In this document: piece by piece, positions 8,071 through 18,300 of the stretch
Position numbering within the stretch: the first letter of the stretch is position 1
Layout: every line of letters begins with the position of its first letter
Assembly: GCA_003556325.1 (NCBI GenBank)
Contig: PWRF01000346.1
Location: 5,520 to 69,519 of the forward strand
Source: Bacteroidales bacterium
GTDB taxonomy: Bacteria; Bacteroidota; Bacteroidia; Bacteroidales; UBA7960
DNA length: 64,000 nucleotides
Reading direction: 5' to 3'
Notes under the pieces: model-generated
Database searches by the model: none
Told to the model about the DNA's origin: nothing
Seen by the model: the letters and a program-made list of their open reading frames with translations, nothing else
Position numbers and translations under genes: made by a program

Positions 8071-10269
8071 ATGGAGGTAAAGAGCAGTGTATCGTTGCGT
8101 GAGCTGCTGAAGCAGATCTTCGGATACGGAGCCTTCAAGGGTGACCAGGAGGCCATTGTCAAAAGTTTAATGGATGGTAACGACACCTTTGTGATCATGC
8201 CTACGGGCGGTGGCAAGTCTATGTGCTATCAGCTTCCGGCCCTGATAGGTGAGGGTACTGCCATTGTTGTATCACCCCTGATTGCCCTGATGAAAAATCA
8301 GGTAGATGCCATACGGAACTTTGCCGCTTTTGATGGCATTGCACATGTGCTCAACTCATCCCTGACAAGGGCAGAGGTGAACCAGGTAAAAAGTGATCTT
8401 GTCGGCGGAGCGACCAAGCTACTGTATGTGGCGCCCGAATCTCTTACCAAAGAGGAAAATGTGGAGTTCCTTAAAACCCTCAACATTTCGTTCTTCGCGG
8501 TGGATGAGGCACACTGTATATCAGAATGGGGGCACGATTTCCGGCCGGAGTACAGGCGTCTGCGCCCCATCATCGATGCTTTCGAAAAACGCGTACCTGT
8601 CATAGCGTTAACCGCTACCGCGACCCCCAAAGTGCAACAGGACATCCAGAAAAACCTCAGCATGCTGGATGCCAACAGGTTTATCTCCAGCTTTAACAGG
8701 CCCAACCTCTATTATGAGATACGACCGAAAACAGACCACATCACACGTGATATTATAAGGTATGTAAAAACGCAGGAAGGCAAATCCGGGATCATTTACT
8801 GTCTCAGCCGCAAAAAAGTGGAAGAGCTGGCTGCTACGCTCCAGGTAAATGGCGTCCGGGCACTGCCTTATCATGCCGGGCTGGACTCGGCCGTGCGCGT
8901 CTCAAACCAGGATCAGTTCCTGATGGAAGATGCAGAAGTGATCGTGGCAACCATTGCTTTTGGGATGGGTATCGACAAGCCGGATGTGAGATATGTCATC
9001 CATCACGACTTCCCCAAAAGCCTCGAAGCCTATTACCAGGAGACAGGCCGCTCAGGGCGCGACGAAGGAGAAGGCAATTGCATCGCTTTCTACTCTTATG
9101 ACGACATCCAGAAAATGGAAAAATTCCTGAAAGGGAAACCCGTTGCAGAACAGGAGATTGGTATGCAACTGCTTATGGAAACGGTTGCATATGCCGAATC
9201 ATCTATCTGCAGACGGAAAACCCTGTTGAACTATTTCGGCGAAGTCTATGAAAAAGAGAATTGCGGATCTTGCGATAATTGTTTAAATCCGAAAGAAAAA
9301 TTTGAAGGAAAAGAATATATTTGCCAGCTGTTAGAAACCGTGATTGCGGTAAAGCAATTATTTAAACCAAAACATGTAATTAATGTACTTATGGGTAAGA
9401 GCACCACAGCTGTAAAATCCTGCAAGCACAACCGACTGGAGATTTTTGGCAAGGGATCTGACAAAGACGAAAAATTCTGGCATTCTGTGCTGAGGCAGGC
9501 ACTGATCGAACGATTGCTTGAAAAAGACATAGAGGACTATGGGACGCTGAAGATAAGCGAGAAGGGGAAAAAGTACCTGGAAAAGCCGTCATCGGTCATG
9601 ATGAGCAAGGACCACGATTATGACAGTCCGGACGAAGCAGACACCATGGGAGGAATAGCCCAAAAGACCAGTGCAACCGATAAAGTGCTGTTCTCTCTTC
9701 TCAAGGATCTGCGCAAGCAGATAGCAAGGAAACACAACCTTCCTCCTTTTGTGATCTTTCAGGATCCTTCGCTGGAAGATATGGCAATACAATATCCCAT
9801 AAAGCTGGACGAACTTAAACAGATCACCGGTGTCGGGTCAGGCAAAGCCGAACGATTCGGCCGGCCCTTCATTGACCTGATTTCACGTTATGTTAAAGAT
9901 AACGAGATAGAGCGCCCCATGGATATGGTGGTGAAATCCGTGGTGAACAAGTCGGGGCTCAAAGTGTACCTGATACGGAACATTGACAGGAAAGTATCCC
10001 TGGAGGACCTTGCTGATGCCAAAGGTCTTGACTTTGAAGAGCTTCTGCAGGAGCTGGAGAGCATTGTTGCCTCCGGCACGAAAATCGACATCCGATATTA
10101 TATTAATGAAGTAATGGATGTAGACAAGCAGGACGAGATCTTTGATTATTTTACTACCGCGGAAACGGATAGTTTTCAGGAAGCCCTTGAAGAGCTTGGT
10201 GAAGATGAATTTACCGAAGAGGAGGTGCGGCTCATGAGGATACGCTTTTTGTCGGAAATGGGCAATTAA
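8071..10269 (+). CDS. recQ: ATP-dependent DNA helicase RecQ
   Basis: 732 aa. Motifs include PTGGGKS and the DEAH box (FFAVDEAHCISEWGHDFRPEY). A zinc-binding Cys cluster (CGSCDNC) and an HRDC-like C-terminal region are present. Confidence 0.95.
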   Translation: MEVKSSVSLRELLKQIFGYGAFKGDQEAIVKSLMDGNDTFVIMPTGGGKSMCYQLPALIGEGTAIVVSPLIALMKNQVDAIRNFAAFDGIAHVLNSSLTRAEVNQVKSDLVGGATKLLYVAPESLTKEENVEFLKTLNISFFAVDEAHCISEWGHDFRPEYRRLRPIIDAFEKRVPVIALTATATPKVQQDIQKNLSMLDANRFISSFNRPNLYYEIRPKTDHITRDIIRYVKTQEGKSGIIYCLSRKKVEELAATLQVNGVRALPYHAGLDSAVRVSNQDQFLMEDAEVIVATIAFGMGIDKPDVRYVIHHDFPKSLEAYYQETGRSGRDEGEGNCIAFYSYDDIQKMEKFLKGKPVAEQEIGMQLLMETVAYAESSICRRKTLLNYFGEVYEKENCGSCDNCLNPKEKFEGKEYICQLLETVIAVKQLFKPKHVINVLMGKSTTAVKSCKHNRLEIFGKGSDKDEKFWHSVLRQALIERLLEKDIEDYGTLKISEKGKKYLEKPSSVMMSKDHDYDSPDEADTMGGIAQKTSATDKVLFSLLKDLRKQIARKHNLPPFVIFQDPSLEDMAIQYPIKLDELKQITGVGSGKAERFGRPFIDLISRYVKDNEIERPMDMVVKSVVNKSGLKVYLIRNIDRKVSLEDLADAKGLDFEELLQELESIVASGTKIDIRYYINEVMDVDKQDEIFDYFTTAETDSFQEALEELGEDEFTEEEVRLMRIRFLSEMGN

Positions 10270-10328
10270 ACCTGCGGGCACTGTTGTTATTTTTTATTGC
10301 ATAGATACGCATACAAAACCCACATTAC

Positions 10329-10991
10329 ATGTCAGAGGATAATAAGCAAGAACCCCTGGAGCCCACCCGGGAGGGGAGCTCCAAACGAGGAGTGGATAAA
10401 GGAATGATCATCAATATCGTTCTTTTTTTCGGACTGATTGCACTTTATGCCATGCATTTCAGCACACGTACCGATGAAGACACGGTTGCCAAAGGCACCA
10501 TTGAACGGAAAATTGATGAAGCCTTTAATGCCATCGCATATGTTGATAACGAAGTGCTGATGGAAGATTATATGTTTGCCATTGAGCTTCGCAACGATTT
10601 TGAAGCCGAACAGCGTCGCCTTGAGAATGACCTGGACCGGCGGCAGCGAAATTTTCAGATGGCCGTGGAACGCTTCCAGCGCGAAATTCAGGCCGGTACC
10701 ATCGGGATGGAAGAGGCCCAGTTGAAAGAACAGGAGCTTATGCAGCAACAGCAGGACCTCATTCAGCTTAACGAAACCTATAGGGACAGATTAGCGCGCA
10801 AGGAGTTCGAAATGAATAGCGAACTTCTTGACAAAATAAGCGACTTCCTGGAGCGCTACAACGAAGACAAGGGATACGACTTCATACTTGGATATGCCAA
10901 AGGAGGCGGGATCCTGTATGCGCGCGATGCTCATGATATTACCCGGGAAGTGCTTCGCCTGCTTAACGAAGAATATGACGCCAATCAATAG
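10329..10991 (+). CDS. OmpH/Skp-like periplasmic chaperone family protein
   Basis: N-terminal TM/signal anchor, a long Q/E/R-rich coiled coil, and the C-terminal motif YDFILGYAKGGGILYA typical of OmpH family members. Confidence 0.6.
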   Translation: MSEDNKQEPLEPTREGSSKRGVDKGMIINIVLFFGLIALYAMHFSTRTDEDTVAKGTIERKIDEAFNAIAYVDNEVLMEDYMFAIELRNDFEAEQRRLENDLDRRQRNFQMAVERFQREIQAGTIGMEEAQLKEQELMQQQQDLIQLNETYRDRLARKEFEMNSELLDKISDFLERYNEDKGYDFILGYAKGGGILYARDAHDITREVLRLLNEEYDANQ

Positions 10992-11014
10992 TCTTTCAGG
11001 TGTAGTGCCAGTTA

Positions 11015-11548
11015 TCAACCTTTTTGTCTGTCGTTTCCTGTATCAGTTTCTGCTTCTTTCTGGTCTTTGTAGGTAAGGATGTCTGTGGTAACGTACTCAA
11101 GGGCCACTCCTGCGTCTGCAAACAGTTTTTCTGACTCTTCGCCTGCGTGGTATTTTTTTTCGCATACCACCCGTATGATCCCGCAATTAATGATGAGCAT
11201 GGCACATACCCGGCACGGTGTCATGCGGCAGTAAAGTGTTGCTCCTGCTATGCTGATGCCCAGCCGTGCTGCCTGACAAATGGCATTTTGCTCGGCATGA
11301 ACGGTACGCACACAATGCATGGTCATATGGCCGTGTTCGTGCAATACCTTTTTCATCTGATGCCCGGCGTCGTCGCAATGCGGCAGTCCGATCGGAGAAC
11401 CAACGTAGCCGGTTACCAGTATTTGCCGGTCGCGTGCAATCACACAACCGCTTCTGCCCCTGTCGCAGGTTGCCCGCTTGCTGACAGTGTGAGCAATTTC
11501 CATAAAATATTCGTCCCAAGACGGACGCTGATAGCCTGGCTTACTCAT
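11015..11548 (-). CDS. deoxycytidylate (dCMP) deaminase, ComEB/Dcd-type zinc deaminase
   Basis: SWDEYFMEIA start, with zinc motifs HAEQNA and PCRVCA. Confidence 0.85.
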   Translation of the reverse strand: MSKPGYQRPSWDEYFMEIAHTVSKRATCDRGRSGCVIARDRQILVTGYVGSPIGLPHCDDAGHQMKKVLHEHGHMTMHCVRTVHAEQNAICQAARLGISIAGATLYCRMTPCRVCAMLIINCGIIRVVCEKKYHAGEESEKLFADAGVALEYVTTDILTYKDQKEAETDTGNDRQKG

Positions 11549-11701
11549 GTTCTGATTCGTTTATCCTTATAACCTGAAAACAACTCCAATCCAATTAACT
11601 GTTAACGTGCATGGTTTGCTCCTCTTTTGCAGCAACGCTCCATTATGCTGCATCCTCACCAAGGGTGCCGGTTACTATACCCGGGATCTGTATCCAAGCA
11701 A

Positions 11702-12271
11702 TCATTGCTTCCTGTAAAATCCGATCTTATCCAGGAAGTTTTCGGTCAGAATGTTCAGTTGCTCAATATTGCCGTTGTTTTGAATAACGTGATCGGCTTT
11801 GCGGATGCAGGCTGCCAGATTCTGTTTGTTGGGGTCCCGGGTATGCATCTCGCGTTGCTCGTTTTCGACAAAAACCTGGTACGGTATTTTGTCGGTTTCA
11901 GAGTTTCGCTTGCGAATACGCTGGTAGCGGATCCTGGGATCTGCATCTATGGCAAGCAGATAAAAGTTTTCATGTTTTCGCAGCGCATCAATTTCTCCCG
12001 GTGTGCGTATGCTCTCTATGGCACAGTTTTTTCCTGTTTCTTTCGCTTTTTTAATCAACTGTTCAGCGATATAGGCAGGTCCGTGCTTAGCACGCAGGGT
12101 ATTGGCAATAGCGGTCAGGGTGTCACGGTTGACCGGCATGTTGTGTTGCTCCAACTCCCCGCGCAAAAACCCCCGCACAGAATAATGTGTGAACCCCTTC
12201 TCTTTAACCAGGTACTCCACCACTGTCCCTTTTCCTGCACCCAATGTGCCTGTTATCCCTATGATATACAT
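11702..12271 (-). CDS. P-loop nucleotide kinase-like protein (dephospho-CoA-kinase / dNMP-kinase-like fold)
   Basis: N-terminal Walker A IGITGTLGAGKGT. Its 189-aa size and layout fit a small nucleotide kinase. Substrate not inferable. Confidence 0.5.
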   Translation of the reverse strand: MYIIGITGTLGAGKGTVVEYLVKEKGFTHYSVRGFLRGELEQHNMPVNRDTLTAIANTLRAKHGPAYIAEQLIKKAKETGKNCAIESIRTPGEIDALRKHENFYLLAIDADPRIRYQRIRKRNSETDKIPYQVFVENEQREMHTRDPNKQNLAACIRKADHVIQNNGNIEQLNILTENFLDKIGFYRKQ

Positions 12272-12336
12272 GTCCTGACTTTATTTTTGGAAGCCTTACA
12301 ACGCATCCCCTGGTTTCCAAAAGTACAATTTTCCAC

Positions 12337-12366
12337 AAAAAAAAGCCCCGTTTTGTATAAAAACGG
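12337..12366 (-). terminator. rho-independent terminator of the cold-shock gene
   Basis: On the minus strand: stem CCGTTTT / AAAACGG (12348-12354 / 12360-12366), 5-nt loop, then GGC plus a T8 run (plus-strand A run 12337-12344). Confidence 0.6.
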
Positions 12367-12401
12367 AGCCTCAGACCAGTCTAAGGTATTGATAATAACC
12401 C

Positions 12402-12593
12402 TTAAGCTTTCTTTACGTTTACAGCCTTTTTCCCCCTTTCATCTTCCGATATCTCAAAAGAGACCCGGTCGTCGTTTGTGATGGGATCCAAAAGCCCGCT
12501 ATGGTGCACGAAAACATCTTTTTCTGTCTTATCGTCGACGATAAATCCATACCCCTTTTTTTCATTAAAAAATTTAACGGTACCGGTTTCCAT
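12402..12593 (-). CDS. cold-shock protein (CspA family)
   Basis: 63 aa with the RNP-1 motif GTVKFFNEKKGYGFI. Confidence 0.9.
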   Translation of the reverse strand: METGTVKFFNEKKGYGFIVDDKTEKDVFVHHSGLLDPITNDDRVSFEISEDERGKKAVNVKKA

Positions 12594-12633
12594 AATAAAT
12601 TGGTTTAGTGGTAAAAATAATTAGGTCAATGTT

Positions 12634-12641
12634 CAAAAATA
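12634..12641 (-). promoter_or_regulatory. TAnnTTTG box (TATTTTTG on minus strand) upstream of csp
   Basis: Plus-strand caaaaata, about 40 nt upstream of the csp ATG, inside an AT-rich spacer. Confidence 0.35.
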
Positions 12642-12730
12642 CAACATTTTTGCAGATTTACAAGATTTTTACAAAAAAATTATAAGTAAATGACGTTTTT
12701 TTGTGTCGGAAGGGCGCAGCAGATAAGAAA

Positions 12731-12804
12731 ATACCGGCAGTTCGTTGTTTGTGTAAAAAATGCAAGCAGAGAGGTTAAGGTCAAACAAACGGAACTGCCG
12801 GTAT
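12731..12804 (-). terminator. long inverted repeat immediately downstream of the pckA-fusion ORF (terminator-like)
   Basis: Perfect 13-bp arms ataccggcagttc (12731-12743) and gaactgccggtat (12792-12804). They extend to about 21 bp with one bulge. The minus strand then reads TTTCTTATCT. Confidence 0.4.
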
Positions 12805-12823
12805 TACAAAGGTAATGATTTTA

Positions 12824-13462
12824 TCAGAAAAGACTGATCTCCTGCATCAAAGTGGCTGGATCTTTAAGCAGGGATGGATTTTTATCGATATGGATCTGTG
12901 CCGATACAGGCAGTTTATGTGTTCTCATGCGGCTTTTATTTTCGTGATCTGTCAGCTTTACGGTAAGCACTGAGCCGGCTTTCACCAGGAACTCAGGAAT
13001 GGATTGTGTTACATCCCTCAATTTCTGGCTAAGGTTTTGCAGTTTCTCGTTCGAGCATCCGTTACCGTTCATGCAATTTGCTACCTCATCAATTCTGTCA
13101 TACACCTCCTTCAGGGTCAGGTCGTCTTGTGATTTTGTCATATATTCGTTCACTCCGATGTGGCTTTCTTCGTATGAGCAGAAGTCAAAGCCGGCCTCTT
13201 TCATGATATGAATTACTATGTCGTGGCATTTTTTGATCTGCCCCTCATCATCTGTGTTGAAATACGATACAACAGGCACATGCCGTTTTAGCTTTCGTTT
13301 TTTGTAGTCGGTATTTATCGAGTTAAATGAGATGTATTCGTTAAATGAATTTTGAAGGATGTAGATCTGGTCTTTCAGGCGGCTTATTTCTTTTGCATGT
13401 TGCTGCTGGAGGCGGTTGATCTTCTTTTCATAATATTTGTAGTATTGCTTCATGAATTTGTT
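12824..13462 (-). other. unrecognised C-terminal extension / possibly a formerly separate downstream gene fused to pckA
   Basis: It has its own in-frame ATG at 13453-13451. It is rich in K/N/I/Y with a coiled-coil-like start ([24 protein letters not shown]). No motif recognised. Confidence 0.5.
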
Positions 13463-15109
13463 TTGCGGGCCTGCTGCCACCAAACGCTGGCCTTCCTCCG
13501 TATCGGTAAAGTTGTTGAAGTTGGCAATGAACTTTTCTGCTAGTTCATCGGCTTGCTTCATGTAAGCTGTTTCGTATTTCCAGGTGTTTTTAGGATTCAG
13601 GATCTTGCCGTCCACGCCTCTTACCTCTTTGGGGATCATCAGGCCGAAGGGCGCCAGTTCTTCAACTTTTGCTTCATCCAGGGAGCCATCGAGGATGGCA
13701 TCGATGATCCTGCGTGTACTGCCGATATCTATTCGCTGACCAATGCCATATGGGCCGCCGATCCACCCGGTGTTGACGAGGTAGGCAGTTGCCCCGTGCT
13801 CTTTCATCTTTTTGGCTAACTCCTGCGCGTAAACTGTTGGATGGAGCATGAGAAAAGCCGCCCCAAACGCGGATGAAAAAGTCGGCATGGGTTCCTTGAC
13901 GCCCCGTTCAGTGCCGGCCAGCTTGGCTGTATAGCCGCTGAGAAAATAATACATGGCCTGATCGCGGTTCAGCCTTGCCACGGGAGGCAATATGCCAAAA
14001 GCATCGGCGGTCAGGAAGATGATCTTTTTTGGGTGGCCTCCCTTGGAGACTGGCTTCACGGTGTTTGCAATATGATACAGCGGGTACGACACCCGGGTGT
14101 TCTCTGTCTTTGTGGTATTTGCAAAGTCTATCTCACCGGTTTTTTCATCATAGACCACGTTCTCCAGGAGGGCATCCCGTTTGATGGCATTATATATGTC
14201 AGGCTCCTGTTCCTTGCTTAGGTTTATGCATTTGGCATAACACCCGCCTTCAAAATTAAAAACACCTTCGTTGTCCCAGCCGTGCTCATCGTCACCGATA
14301 AGATAGCGCTTGGGGTCGGCCGAAAGGGTGGTTTTGCCGGTTCCGGAAAGCCCGAAAAATATTGCGGTGTCGCCGTTCTTGCCCATGTTGGCAGAGCAGT
14401 GCATCGAAGCCATCCCTTTAAGAGGCAGATAATAATTCATTACCGAGAAAAACCCTTTTTTGATCTCGCCGCCATACCAGGTTCCTCCTACCACTGCCCT
14501 TCTTTCCTTAAGGTTAAAAGCCACATACACGTCTGAGTTCAGATCCTGCTCGACCCAGTCTTTGTTAACGGTCTTGCAGGCATTGAGCATTACAAAATCA
14601 GGCTCAAAATTCGCCAGCTCTTCGTCCGAGGGCCTGATAAACATGTTTTTTACAAAGTGAGCCATCCAGGCTACCTCTGTGATCACACGTATCCTGATCC
14701 TTGTATTTTCATTCGCGCCACAGAAAGCATCCATAACATAGAGTTTTTTGCCATGGAATTGATTCAGCGTGGTTTGTTTAAGCGACTGCCAAACTTCTTC
14801 TGATATGGGTTTGTTGTCGGACCTGTTTTTGCCGTCTGCCCACCAGATGTTTTCCTGGGAGCTGTCTTCCTGGACAATATATTTGTCTTTGGGCGAGCGG
14901 CCTGTAAATATGCCGGTGTCAACAGCTACGGCTCCGGTATTGGTTTCAAATCCTTTTTCATAACCCTCCAGCGACGGGTCGGTTTCGTGCCTGAAGAGCT
15001 CTTCGAAGGACAGGTTGTAGTAAATCTTCTGAACATTTTTAATTCCATAGCGGGATAGGTCGGGGGCCTGAACCCTGCCGGTTTCTTTTGCAGACGCAGT
15101 TTCTTGCAT
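12824..15109 (-). CDS. pckA: phosphoenolpyruvate carboxykinase (ATP) with a 209-aa C-terminal extension of unknown function
   Basis: Residues 1 to about 549 are PckA-like (kinase-1a [22 protein letters not shown], ending ..RLVAAGPQ). The frame continues without a stop through [14 protein letters not shown]... to TGA at 12824-12826. Confidence 0.9.
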   Translation of the reverse strand: MQETASAKETGRVQAPDLSRYGIKNVQKIYYNLSFEELFRHETDPSLEGYEKGFETNTGAVAVDTGIFTGRSPKDKYIVQEDSSQENIWWADGKNRSDNKPISEEVWQSLKQTTLNQFHGKKLYVMDAFCGANENTRIRIRVITEVAWMAHFVKNMFIRPSDEELANFEPDFVMLNACKTVNKDWVEQDLNSDVYVAFNLKERRAVVGGTWYGGEIKKGFFSVMNYYLPLKGMASMHCSANMGKNGDTAIFFGLSGTGKTTLSADPKRYLIGDDEHGWDNEGVFNFEGGCYAKCINLSKEQEPDIYNAIKRDALLENVVYDEKTGEIDFANTTKTENTRVSYPLYHIANTVKPVSKGGHPKKIIFLTADAFGILPPVARLNRDQAMYYFLSGYTAKLAGTERGVKEPMPTFSSAFGAAFLMLHPTVYAQELAKKMKEHGATAYLVNTGWIGGPYGIGQRIDIGSTRRIIDAILDGSLDEAKVEELAPFGLMIPKEVRGVDGKILNPKNTWKYETAYMKQADELAEKFIANFNNFTDTEEGQRLVAAGPQNKFMKQYYKYYEKKINRLQQQHAKEISRLKDQIYILQNSFNEYISFNSINTDYKKRKLKRHVPVVSYFNTDDEGQIKKCHDIVIHIMKEAGFDFCSYEESHIGVNEYMTKSQDDLTLKEVYDRIDEVANCMNGNGCSNEKLQNLSQKLRDVTQSIPEFLVKAGSVLTVKLTDHENKSRMRTHKLPVSAQIHIDKNPSLLKDPATLMQEISLF

Positions 15110-15206
15110 GATGTAATTGTTGTTTAAGGGTTTTGGTTATGAATGGATGTGCGGCAGAACACCAGTTATTATGATTTTGGCAGACGTCAATATCACCAAT
15201 ACTGGC

Positions 15207-15214
15207 CAAAAATA
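15207..15214 (-). promoter_or_regulatory. TAnnTTTG box (TATTTTTG on minus strand) upstream of pckA
   Basis: Plus-strand caaaaata, about 98 nt upstream of the pckA ATG at 15109. Confidence 0.3.
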
Positions 15215-15351
15215 AGAAAAATGTTGAGGGAGAACATCCAAACCGGCGAAATATTTTTGAATGCGGAGACCGGCAGCCTTATTCCGGACACCCTGGATTT
15301 TGGGATTTTTTTAAAGAAGACCCTGCACCGCTGGGTACACCCCCGGGATGG

Positions 15352-18300
15352 TCAGCTTTTCTTTTGGATCAGCCTATTGATTTTCCGGCGCGTCGAGAGA
15401 ATGATCTGGTACATGCAGGGCACGATCACCAGCGTAAGAAACGTGGCTACCGTCAGGCCAAAAATGACTGTCCACGACATGGGGCCCCAGAACCTGGCGT
15501 TGTCACCTCCGAAATAGATCTGGGGGTCAAAGTCGGTTAAGAGGCTGACAAAGTTTATGTTCAGGCCGATAGCAAGGGGAAAAAGGCCCAGCACGGTGGT
15601 GATGGCGGTAAGCACAACGGGCCTGAAACGCGTTTGGCCTGCCTGCTCAATGAGAGAAAGGCTTACCATGGGGTCGAGAAACATGTTTTCTTCCGTGCCC
15701 AGCTCCTGGCGCTTCCGGGCATGCAGGTAATCTGTGTAATCCAGCAGTACGATGGCGTTGTTGACTACTACGCCCGCCAGGCTGACAATACCCACCCCCA
15801 TCATAATGATGATAAAGTCCATGTTGAACAGGGCAAGGCCAAGAAAGACACCTGCCGTACTGAATATCACGCTTCCTATGATGATGAATGGCTTGAAGAC
15901 AGAGTTAAACTGCGTGACCAGGATAAGGGCAATGAGAGAAACGGCAATAAGCAGTGCCCTGATTAGGAACTCCATGGATTCCTCCTGCTCCTGCTGTTCC
16001 CCGGTAAAGGCGTATTCGTAGCCATTGGGAAGGTCCATCTCTTCCATCAGTTGCATGATCTGCTGGTTGATACGGTTGGCATTGTACCCGGGAAGGACGT
16101 TCGAGCTGAGTGTGGTTACCCTGTTGCGGTCAATGCGATTTATTGCTCCGTAAGTTTTGCTGTACTCGACATCGGCAACGGCAGAAATAGGAACTTGCAT
16201 GATCTGTCCGGTACTCTGGCTGCGAAACGTTATGCGCTGGTTCATCAGGGTGGAGATGTTATGCCGGTATTCTTCCTTCAGCCGCAGCTGAATGGGGTAT
16301 TCCTCTTCGCCCACCTTAAAAGTGGAGACTTCGAGCCCGAACAGGGCGGTACGGATCGTGTTGGCAATGGAGAAGGTGGAAAGGCCGAAACGCCTGGCCG
16401 CCTCGCGGTCAATATGGATGAGGATCTCCGGATTGTTGCTGTCAAGGTCGCTGCTGAGGCCTTCAATACCCTGTATGCCTGCCTGGCTGATGCGGCTTTT
16501 AATTGTGTCGGCAATGGCCATTAGCCTTTCAATATCCGGGCCGCTCACTTCGAGGTTTATCGGCCGGCCCGACGGAGGCCCTGCCATGTTCTTCTCCAGC
16601 ATAAAGTCTATCCCCGGATATTGCCCCGTCAGAGCATCACTTAGCTCGGCCATGATGTCGTTAGTGTTAATGCCGCCGCGCTTCTCGAACTGTTCAAATG
16701 TAACCGTGATCAACCCCCGGTTTGGTGTTTCGCCGGCATTCATCTCCATCTCTCCCACGGCACCACGCCCTACAACAGTTAACACAGACTTTACGATATG
16801 CCTGTAAGGTTCGATGATCTCGTTTACCCTGCCATCTGCCTCACGCACTCTTTTGTCGGTTTCGTCGATATCTGTTCCCACGGGCAACTCCATCAGGATG
16901 TTGATAAACTGTGGCTCGTTGTCAGGAAAGAATAATACGTTCGGGTTGCGCAGCCCGAAACTGACGATGGCCAGGATCAGCACCAGGAAGGTCATCCCTA
17001 CAAACTTATAGGGGTTACGGCCCCTGAGTGCAAAGTGCAGCGTATTTCTATAGAGCTTCTCGAGGAAAGGCAGCAGTACAAGCTGAAACCATTTTGCCAG
17101 CCGGGAAAGAACAAAATGACCCAGGGCGAAAAGGAAGGCAGCAAGCACAAAAAGGTTCCCGTACAAAGTATAGCCCGTGACATGAAAAAGGATTCCCGGG
17201 AGTAGCAAAACGGCTGTGATAACCAGCTTTCTCCGTGTTTTGCGCTTTCCGGCATTTTGCGGGCCTGCTGTGGTTTGTCCCCTGTTTTCTTTTCTGAAAA
17301 AGGTATGGGAGAATACAGGGATTACAACCAGTGCCACAAACAGTGAGGACGAAAGAACAATGATCAGGGTAAGCGGAAGGTATTTCATGAACTCTCCGGT
17401 AATACCTGTCCAGAATGCCAGGGGCAGAAAGGCAGAGAGCGTGGTTGCCGTGGACGTGATGATAGGGGTGGCTATTTCGCCAATAGCTCGTTTTGCAGCC
17501 TCCAGGATGGAATAATCCCTTTCCACATACCGGAAGATGTTGTCGACAGCTACAATAGAGTTGTCAACGAGAAGCCCCAGGGCAAGTATCAGCGAAAACA
17601 GTACGATCATATTGATCTGAAGGCCTGCAATCCCGAATATCATAAAAGACATAAGCATGGAGAGAGGTATGGCAATACCTACAAAAAGGGCATTTTTTAA
17701 CCCGAGAAACAGGTAGAGTATCAGAATTACCAGTATGACAGCCATGATCACACTGTTTTCGAGGTTGGATAGCTGGATCTGGATCTCTTCAGACTGATCG
17801 TTGGTGATGGTAACAGTAAGATCTTCGGGAAGATCGTTGTTTCGGCGCGCTTCCTCCAGTACGCGGTTGATATTTTCTGTTGCCGAGAGCAGGTTGTCAC
17901 CCGAATTTTTTATTACCTGGAGGCTTACCACCGGCTGGTCGTCAAGTCGTGCATAGCTGGTTGGATCTGCGTATGTGTCTGCAATATCTGCTACGTCGCG
18001 CAGGTATACGATCTGCTGATCCTCGTGTTTTACGATGATGTCTTCCATCTGGGATACATCTGTAAACTCGCCAACCGTGCGAACTGCCCAGCGTGTGCCA
18101 TCCTGAAAACGGACAGACCCGCCAGCCATGGAGATGTTTTCAGTGGCAATGGCCGTCTCAAGGTCATCAAAGCTGAGCTGATAGAGTTCCATTTTAAAGG
18201 GGTCGGCATTGATCTGTATCTCCCTCTCCTCCAGGCCTGTAACCTCTACTCGCGACACTTCCGGGACATCTTCGATCTTTTCTTCCAAAAAGTCAGCAAA

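Noticed and set aside
11627-12481. 284-aa plus-strand ORF overlapping the kinase-like gene and csp on the opposite strand.
   Set aside because: It is antisense to two genes with clear motifs (Walker A; CspA RNP-1). Its translation is featureless and runs across an intergenic terminator.
15143-15517. 124-aa plus-strand ORF in the pckA/RND spacer.
   Set aside because: Half of it overlaps the 3' end of the RND gene on the other strand. The rest is the pckA promoter region. No motifs or signal features.
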